The notes under the pieces: model-generated | Databases searched by the model: none | Told to the model about the DNA's origin: nothing | The model's input: the letters and a program-made list of their open reading frames with translations, nothing else | Assembly (NCBI GenBank): GCA_964342455.1 | Contig: CAYFGB010000010.1 | Span: 1-40,000 of the forward strand | Length of the DNA: 40,000 nt | Direction: 5' to 3' | DNA from: an uncultured Hyphomonadaceae bacterium | GTDB taxonomy: Bacteria; Pseudomonadota; Alphaproteobacteria; Caulobacterales; Hyphomonadaceae | Part shown: positions 34,323 to 40,000 of the stretch, one piece after another | Position numbering within the stretch: position 1 is the first letter of the stretch | Layout of the letters: the number at the start of each line of letters is the position of its first letter | Made by a program: the position numbers and the translations under genes

Positions 34323-36014
34323 TCAGGCCGCTTCAATCGATCTCAGATACGTGTCGATTGTCGTTTTAATAAAATGGCTTTGCTTGGCGAGATCATTGGC
34401 GGTCATGGTGACCTGACTGGAAGACGACGCGGTTTGCTGTGACACGAGTTCGAGCGCGGCAACCGATTCGCCGACCTGAGTTGTGCCGGTGGCCGCTTCC
34501 TGAACACTGCGATTGATTTCCTGAATGGTGGCGACCTGTTCTTCGGCTGTGGCGGCGACACTTGTGGTGAGCTCACTGACATTGCCAACAACACGTGTGA
34601 TCTCATCGACTGAGCTTAGAACGCCTTTTGTGGCACCTTTCACCTGCTGGATTTGCGCTGTGACCCGCGCGGTCGCCTGTTCTGTCTGTTCGGCCAGCGC
34701 TTTGACTTCGCTGGCAACGACGTTGAACCCCTTTCCGGCTTCACCCGCCCGAACGGCCTCAATTGTGGCGTTCAGCGCCAGAAGCTTTGTCTGCGCGGCA
34801 ATGGCCATGATCAAATTCACCACGTCATCAATCTCGACAGCGGCCTCTTCCAGGCATTTCAGATTGCTGATGGCAGCTTCTGTGCGCGAATTCGCGGAAC
34901 TTGCCATGCTGGCGCTTTCGCACATCTGACGCGCAACATCCGCTGACGTGGTTGAAAGTTCCTCTGATGCGGCGGCGATGGTCTGGACGTTTGAGGATGT
35001 CTGGGTGGAGACGGCCGAGACGCTACCCGACTGCCTTTCGGTTTCAACGGCATTCTCGGTCATATGGCCAGCTGTCGCCTGCATTTCTGTGGCCGCTGAT
35101 GAAAGGCTGGAAATGGCTTCGGCAACCGATAGTTCGAACTGGTGCGTCAGTTCCTTTACATGTGCGGCACGTTTCATTTTTTCCTCAGCGTCGAGCTCTT
35201 GCTGATGGATCATTTCAAGCTGTTTTCGCGTGTTTGCCACGAAAATTCCAAGCGCGGTGTTCAGCTCGCCAATTTCATCTTTCCGGCCCGATTGATCGAT
35301 CTCAACCTCCAGATCGTTCTCCGACACACGGCGGAGGCTTTCGACCACTCTGGCGAGTGGAAGGGCGATCTGGTGACGCGCTAGATACAGCGCCGTTGCG
35401 AAGCCGATCGCGATGCTGATCACAGCAAGCACGATCATCAGAATTTCGACGAACCGGGTTGTCGCGTGGGCGGCCTTAGCGATTTCGTGGGCCTTGTGAT
35501 TAACTTCCTCTAAATATGCATCGATGGCGGTGTTCAGCGCTTTCAGGGCCGGTTCAGTCGCCTCGATGGACTTTACGATCTCACGTTGCTCGCTGGACGT
35601 CTCGTACTGCGCGCGTGACGCGAGGGCGACGGTCTTCTCGACAGAAGCTGTGTAGGTTTCGAATTTCGCCTCGATATCCTTTAAAAGCGGTTTATCATCG
35701 TCGGATGACAGATCGTTCAACGTTTTTAATGTCGCCGAGAAATGCTGCTGGCTATCCGCAATCTGAGGTCTCGCTTTTGTCACATACTCAGGATTGGCCG
35801 TCAGGTGATACTCGGTCCGGTTTATCTCCAGGGAGTCAATTTCCAGCCGTTCAGCTTCCTTGATCTCGTCGGCGGCAACTTCGATTTTTTGCGCCGCATG
35901 ATCCATCATTTGCAGACCCGTAATGCCGCCTGCTGCCATAACGAGAATAGCGCCAGCCAGAATGGCGCTGAGCAGATTGAGTTTGGTTGAAATCTTTAAA
36001 TCAGAAATGGACAT
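34323..36014 (-). CDS. methyl-accepting chemotaxis protein
   Basis: It has an N-terminal TM, a periplasmic helical domain, a second TM, a HAMP region, and a signalling domain with the hairpin [40 protein letters not shown]. Start candidates are 36014, 36026 and 36032. Confidence 0.9.
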   Translation of the reverse strand: MSISDLKISTKLNLLSAILAGAILVMAAGGITGLQMMDHAAQKIEVAADEIKEAERLEIDSLEINRTEYHLTANPEYVTKARPQIADSQQHFSATLKTLNDLSSDDDKPLLKDIEAKFETYTASVEKTVALASRAQYETSSEQREIVKSIEATEPALKALNTAIDAYLEEVNHKAHEIAKAAHATTRFVEILMIVLAVISIAIGFATALYLARHQIALPLARVVESLRRVSENDLEVEIDQSGRKDEIGELNTALGIFVANTRKQLEMIHQQELDAEEKMKRAAHVKELTHQFELSVAEAISSLSSAATEMQATAGHMTENAVETERQSGSVSAVSTQTSSNVQTIAAASEELSTTSADVARQMCESASMASSANSRTEAAISNLKCLEEAAVEIDDVVNLIMAIAAQTKLLALNATIEAVRAGEAGKGFNVVASEVKALAEQTEQATARVTAQIQQVKGATKGVLSSVDEITRVVGNVSELTTSVAATAEEQVATIQEINRSVQEAATGTTQVGESVAALELVSQQTASSSSQVTMTANDLAKQSHFIKTTIDTYLRSIEAA

Positions 36015-36213
36015 GAAGAATCCCATCAACACTTGATAGATTCAATCTGCGCCCGGCAAATTAACAAAAATCTTATTTTCCGAAAGGTTTTCTAGCGGAG
36101 GACCCAAAAAACAGAGAGAAGCGCAAATCAAACCAGTAAACTGTTCAGGGCGATATTATAAGTATGTCTATATGTCCTTGAGGTATGGTGTCGTGAACCG
36201 GCGAGTGAAATAA

Positions 36214-36247
36214 AAAGGCCTTCGAGACTGACGTCTCAAAGGCCTTT
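36214..36247 (-). terminator. rho-independent terminator downstream of the thiolase gene
   Basis: AAAGGCCTTCGAGAC-tgac-GTCTCAAAGGCCTTT with one mismatch. There are A-runs and T-runs on both sides. Confidence 0.7.
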
Positions 36248-36273
36248 AATTTAAACTCAATTGAAGTTCGCTG

Positions 36274-37455
36274 TTATGCGCGTTCGAGACACATGGCGAT
36301 GCCTTCACCGCCACCAATGCAAAGCGATGCCACGCCTTTTTTCTTGTCCTGGGCTTCCATAGCCGCGAGCAGGGTGACGATGACGCGTGCACCGGAAGCG
36401 CCGATCGGGTGTCCAAGAGCGCAAGCGCCGCCGTTGACGTTCAGAGCGTCGTGCGAAATGCCCATTTCCTTCATGGCGATCATTGGAACCACGGCGAAGG
36501 CCTCGTTCACTTCCCAAAGATCAACTTCATCCTTGGACCAGCCGGCTTTTTCGAGCGCTTTCTGCATGGCAGGGACGGGCGCTGTCGTGAAGAATTCCGG
36601 CTCGTGCGCGTGTGACGCTGATGAGACGATTTTCGCAATCACCTTCAGGCCACGCTTTTCAGCTTCGGACTGTTTCATCAGGACGAGCGCTGCGGCACCA
36701 TCGGAAATCGCTGATGCGTTGGCCGCTGTCACCGTGCCGTCCTTGTTGAAGGCCGGACGCAGGGTCGGGATCTTGTCCGGGCGGGCTGAGCGTGGAAGCT
36801 CATCGGTATCGACAGTGACTTCGCCCTTACGGGTCTTCAGGACAACCGGCGCGATTTCGCGCTTGAAACGGCCATGTTCGGTCGCGTCCTGAGCGCGGCG
36901 GAGCGTTTCCAGTGCATAGGCGTCCTGCGCTTCGCGTGTGAACTGGTATTTTTCGGCAATCATGTCAGCGAATTTGCCCATCGGCTCATTCGCATAGGCG
37001 TCCTCAAGACCATCCTGGGCCATGTGGTCCTTGATCTCGCCATGGCCGTATTTGTGGCCCTTGCGCATGGAGATCATGTGCGGCGCGTTTGTCATGCTTT
37101 CCATACCGCCAGCGACAACGATTTCGGCCTGACCAGACAGAATGGATGCTGAGCCCATGACGGCGGCCTGCATACCAGACCCGCACATTTTGTTGATTGT
37201 GGTGGACTCGGCGTGTTTGCCGATTTCGCCCTTGATGGCTGCCTGCCGTGCCGGGGCCTGGCCCTGGCCACCCGGGAGGCAATTGCCCATGATGACTTCC
37301 TGAATGTCTTCGCCTGAAAGTCCTGCTTCTTTCATGGCGGCCTGGATCGCATGTGCGCCGAGTTCATTTGCTGACATGTCTGCCAGTTCACCCAGCAGGC
37401 CACCCATTGGTGTACGTGCCATCCCGACGATTACGACTGGATCTTCTGTGCTCAT
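36274..37455 (-). CDS. acetyl-CoA C-acetyltransferase (thiolase II)
   Basis: NKMCGSGMQA (active Cys), GGMESM, NVNGGACALGHPIGASGAR and LCIGGGEGIA are thiolase signatures. Confidence 0.93.
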   Translation of the reverse strand: MSTEDPVVIVGMARTPMGGLLGELADMSANELGAHAIQAAMKEAGLSGEDIQEVIMGNCLPGGQGQAPARQAAIKGEIGKHAESTTINKMCGSGMQAAVMGSASILSGQAEIVVAGGMESMTNAPHMISMRKGHKYGHGEIKDHMAQDGLEDAYANEPMGKFADMIAEKYQFTREAQDAYALETLRRAQDATEHGRFKREIAPVVLKTRKGEVTVDTDELPRSARPDKIPTLRPAFNKDGTVTAANASAISDGAAALVLMKQSEAEKRGLKVIAKIVSSASHAHEPEFFTTAPVPAMQKALEKAGWSKDEVDLWEVNEAFAVVPMIAMKEMGISHDALNVNGGACALGHPIGASGARVIVTLLAAMEAQDKKKGVASLCIGGGEGIAMCLERA

Positions 37456-37554
37456 TATCGTGTCCTCCTCGCAACACCTGTTTTCTTGTGCGAGGAGTTT
37501 TGGCGAATAAATGGCCGCTACGTCAAGGCGTATTTTTTTGCACCTGCGAAATGA

Positions 37555-38604
37555 TCAGTCTGCCATCAGCGCTTCAACCATGCCTGGCTTGAAGTGCTCG
37601 ACCTCAAGATCATAAATGCCCAGCGAGGTGGCATAATCCCAGTAACACCAGCCAAAGCCGACCTCTTCCGCTGTTTTTCTGACCTTTTCTGTCCATTCCG
37701 CGCGTTGTTGATCGGGGACTTTTACATACACCCCAAACTCGCCGAGCAGCATGGGCATGCCTACCTTGTCGCGCCAGTGCGCTGCATCAGAGAAGTCACG
37801 AACCATGCGTTTCCGGTCGTCCTGACTGCCCCAGGTCTGACCCATTTCGATTTCCTTGTGGGCCCAGGGGGCCCCCTGATGGGTGAACTCAAACGGGCTG
37901 TAATAATGGAAGGTCACCATCGCCTTTTCATCGAAGGGTGGATTGGTGCTGGTCAGACCTTCGAGCGTGCCCCAATGGCCGCCGCCCAGCACCACCCAGC
38001 GATCCGGATTGACGGCGCGGACCTTTTCCAGAAGCACGCGGTTCATTTCGTTTACCCGCGCGGCCGTCATGGAGGTGTGCGGTTCGTTCAGGAACTCGAA
38101 CATCACCGCATCGGGTGTGTCCTTGTAACGATCAATGATCTGGTCCCACATCTCATAAAGACGCGGCAGATGCGTTTCTGCATCTTCGCTGATTTCTTCG
38201 TAATGGTGGACGTTGATAATGACTTTGAGGTCGTTTCGAAGCGCTTGTTCAACAACCTCATCAATGCGCTTGAAGATGTATCGGCGCACGGTGAAGGGTG
38301 GTTTGTTTTTTGTGTGCTCGGACCAGCGGATTGGAATGCGAACACTGTCAAAACCGGCGTTTTTCAGCCGCTTAAAGTCCGCTTCACGGATCGAATAGCC
38401 CCAGTCACCTTCTTCCGGTGCTTCAAGCGCGCCGCCCATATTGATGCATTTTCCGATCGGCGGTGCCGGGATCCGGCTCGCATCCCGCTCAACATTGGCA
38501 AACTGACTGAAACTGCCACCCTGTTTCGACCAGGAGGTATAGAACATGGCACCGCTCAGCCCGATTACGCCGCACAGTGCGAGAAAAAATAGTAAGCGCC
38601 CCAT
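37555..38604 (-). CDS. glycoside hydrolase family 5 (endoglucanase-like), membrane-anchored or secreted
   Basis: Start set at MGRLLFFLALCGVIGLSGAMF (CAGGAG RBS). It has the acid/base motif FEFLNEP and the nucleophile motif LLGEFG. The antisense ORF 37594-38592 is rejected. Confidence 0.8.
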   Translation of the reverse strand: MGRLLFFLALCGVIGLSGAMFYTSWSKQGGSFSQFANVERDASRIPAPPIGKCINMGGALEAPEEGDWGYSIREADFKRLKNAGFDSVRIPIRWSEHTKNKPPFTVRRYIFKRIDEVVEQALRNDLKVIINVHHYEEISEDAETHLPRLYEMWDQIIDRYKDTPDAVMFEFLNEPHTSMTAARVNEMNRVLLEKVRAVNPDRWVVLGGGHWGTLEGLTSTNPPFDEKAMVTFHYYSPFEFTHQGAPWAHKEIEMGQTWGSQDDRKRMVRDFSDAAHWRDKVGMPMLLGEFGVYVKVPDQQRAEWTEKVRKTAEEVGFGWCYWDYATSLGIYDLEVEHFKPGMVEALMAD

Positions 38605-38856
38605 GATCACCAGCTCCTGAAGAAACATTCTGCTCGTTAGCAAAGAGAACAAGCAAGCTTTGTGCCAGTCTTTAAGGGCTGAAACTGTGTCAGAAAATCT
38701 GTAATGGGCGGATATCAGGCGCCGGCTTCTTGCCTGAATCTGCGCCTTCCCCTGCGCTGCAATCTCTATTGCAACGCAAAATGGAAGTCGCTCTCACATC
38801 CAAAAAAGAGACCGCCAAAGTCGGCGGTCGAGGGGAGTGAGATGAATAATCAGATA

Positions 38857-39156
38857 TCAGTTCAGAGAGGCGTTACAGGTCTCAAGCTCTTCTTCAGTTA
38901 GACCGCCTTCGGGGGAGGTAAAGGCCGTAACGGCACCGATTTCTTCAACAACCTTCTTGCAAAGGCGTACAGTGACTGTGCTGCGGTTCAGATCTGCCTG
39001 ACAGGTATCGCCCTCACAAATCCAGATCGCATCATAAGCCGTGATGCGTTCTCTTTCTGCTTTTGGCGTTTCAAGTGTCGCCGTAAACGGGGTGCTCGCA
39101 AAAGCAGGTGCGGCAATCATTGTTGACAGGATTGCTGTAGATACAAATCGAAGCAT
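38857..39156 (-). CDS. small secreted cysteine-containing protein
   Basis: Signal peptide MLRFVSTAILSTMIAAPAFA and four Cys in the mature part. No motif recognised. Confidence 0.5.
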   Translation of the reverse strand: MLRFVSTAILSTMIAAPAFASTPFTATLETPKAERERITAYDAIWICEGDTCQADLNRSTVTVRLCKKVVEEIGAVTAFTSPEGGLTEEELETCNASLN

Positions 39157-39369
39157 GAACTTTTCTTCCCTGGTTTAAAACACTTTTGGAACTGGCAATA
39201 AATTACAATGAATAATCTGTCCACCATTTAGTGAACATCGTTCTCTTTATTTGTGCATTTGCGAATGTGTGGGGTGACAATCTCACGCAATTGTTACCGT
39301 CACGAAAGGACTAGGCTGACCCAACGTCGCTCCGATTATAAAACCGAATAATTAACTTGGGAGGTAAGT

Positions 39370-40000
39370 ATGGATTTCAAAATCCCAGCAGAAATCGAAG
39401 ACTATCTGCACGAACTCGATCAGTTCATTGAGGCAGAAATTGCACCCCTGCAGGCGCAGGATGACAATGAGCGCTTCTTTGACCATCGGCGTGAATGGGC
39501 TCGTACAGACTTTGAAAATGGCGGTCTGCCGCGTCCGGAATGGGAAGAACTGCTCGGCGAAGCGCGTAAGCGTGCCGACGCTGCGGGTCATTTGCGCTAC
39601 GCCCTGCCGTCAGAGTTTGGTGGCAAGGACGGCACCAATCTTGGCATGGCCATCATCCGTGAGCACCTCGCAAAAAAAGGCCTCGGGCTTTTCAACGATC
39701 TGCAGAACGAGCACTCGATTGTCGGTAACTTCCCGCAAATCCTGATGCTGCGCGATTTTGCACGTCCCGACCAGAAACATCTTATCCAGGACGCGCTGGA
39801 CGGCAAATTCAAGGCCTGTTTTGGTCTGACCGAGCCTGATCACGGCTCTGACGCCACGCACATGGAAACCAAGGCTGTACGCCAGACGCGTGACGGCAAG
39901 CCTGGCTGGCTGATCAATGGCGAAAAAATGTGGACCACGGGCACACATGTCGCCTCACACATCATGACCTTCTGCCGGACTTCAGGCGAAGATGGTGCGG
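39370..40000 (+). CDS. acyl-CoA dehydrogenase-family protein, N-terminal 210 codons (runs off the window end)
   Basis: Absent from the ORF track because it is open-ended. GGGAGG lies 6 nt upstream of the ATG at 39370. The translation starts MDFKIPAEIEDYLHELDQFIEAEIAPL and continues ...FGLTEPDHGSDATHMETKA....GWLINGEKMWTTG, the typical ACAD N-terminal and middle-domain signature. Confidence 0.85.
   Translation, partial: MDFKIPAEIEDYLHELDQFIEAEIAPLQAQDDNERFFDHRREWARTDFENGGLPRPEWEELLGEARKRADAAGHLRYALPSEFGGKDGTNLGMAIIREHLAKKGLGLFNDLQNEHSIVGNFPQILMLRDFARPDQKHLIQDALDGKFKACFGLTEPDHGSDATHMETKAVRQTRDGKPGWLINGEKMWTTGTHVASHIMTFCRTSGEDGA

Noticed and set aside
37594-38592. Long antisense ORFs opposite real genes. 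Others are 2541-3155, 13333-13836, 16397-17020, 17526-18164, 25604-26392 and 33348-34124.
   Set aside because: These are typical GC-rich shadow ORFs. The opposite-strand products carry clear family signatures or better protein-like sequence.

Overview
This window looks like a chromosomal segment of a moderately GC-rich alphaproteobacterium. The gene content looks Caulobacterales/Hyphomonadaceae-like, but that taxon is only a guess. Positions 1-660 and about 12.95-40 kb carry ordinary genes: the serC 5' end, a DUF559 endonuclease cassette, trpF, an alpha/beta hydrolase, SCP2, an acyl-CoA carboxyltransferase, Hsp20, two GSTs, TetR, gpmA, a phosphohexomutase, a PagL-like protein, purA, an MscS-like channel, an MCP, a thiolase, a GH5 hydrolase and the 5' end of an acyl-CoA dehydrogenase. 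The outstanding feature is a ~12.25-kb insertion at 665-12914. It is bounded by 27-bp terminal inverted repeats (26/27 identical) and by a direct duplication of a host hairpin sequence (perfect core TCCTTGGAAAGGAG). It encodes a solo Cas1 with no cas2 and no CRISPR array anywhere in the 40 kb. Divergently from Cas1 it encodes a tight HTH / HNH-nuclease / family-B DNA polymerase operon. Cas1 plus PolB between TIRs and a TSD is the architecture of a casposon, a self-synthesizing transposon in which Cas1 acts as the integrase. The left 4.5 kb of the element is a six-gene, translationally coupled cargo operon. It is built around a TraG/VirD4-type coupling-protein ATPase whose membrane anchor appears to be a separate gene, together with a secreted VWA-like protein and membrane proteins. 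No relaxase or mating-pore genes accompany it, and I cannot assign this module to any described system. All calls come from reading the sequence and ORF translations. No database search was run.
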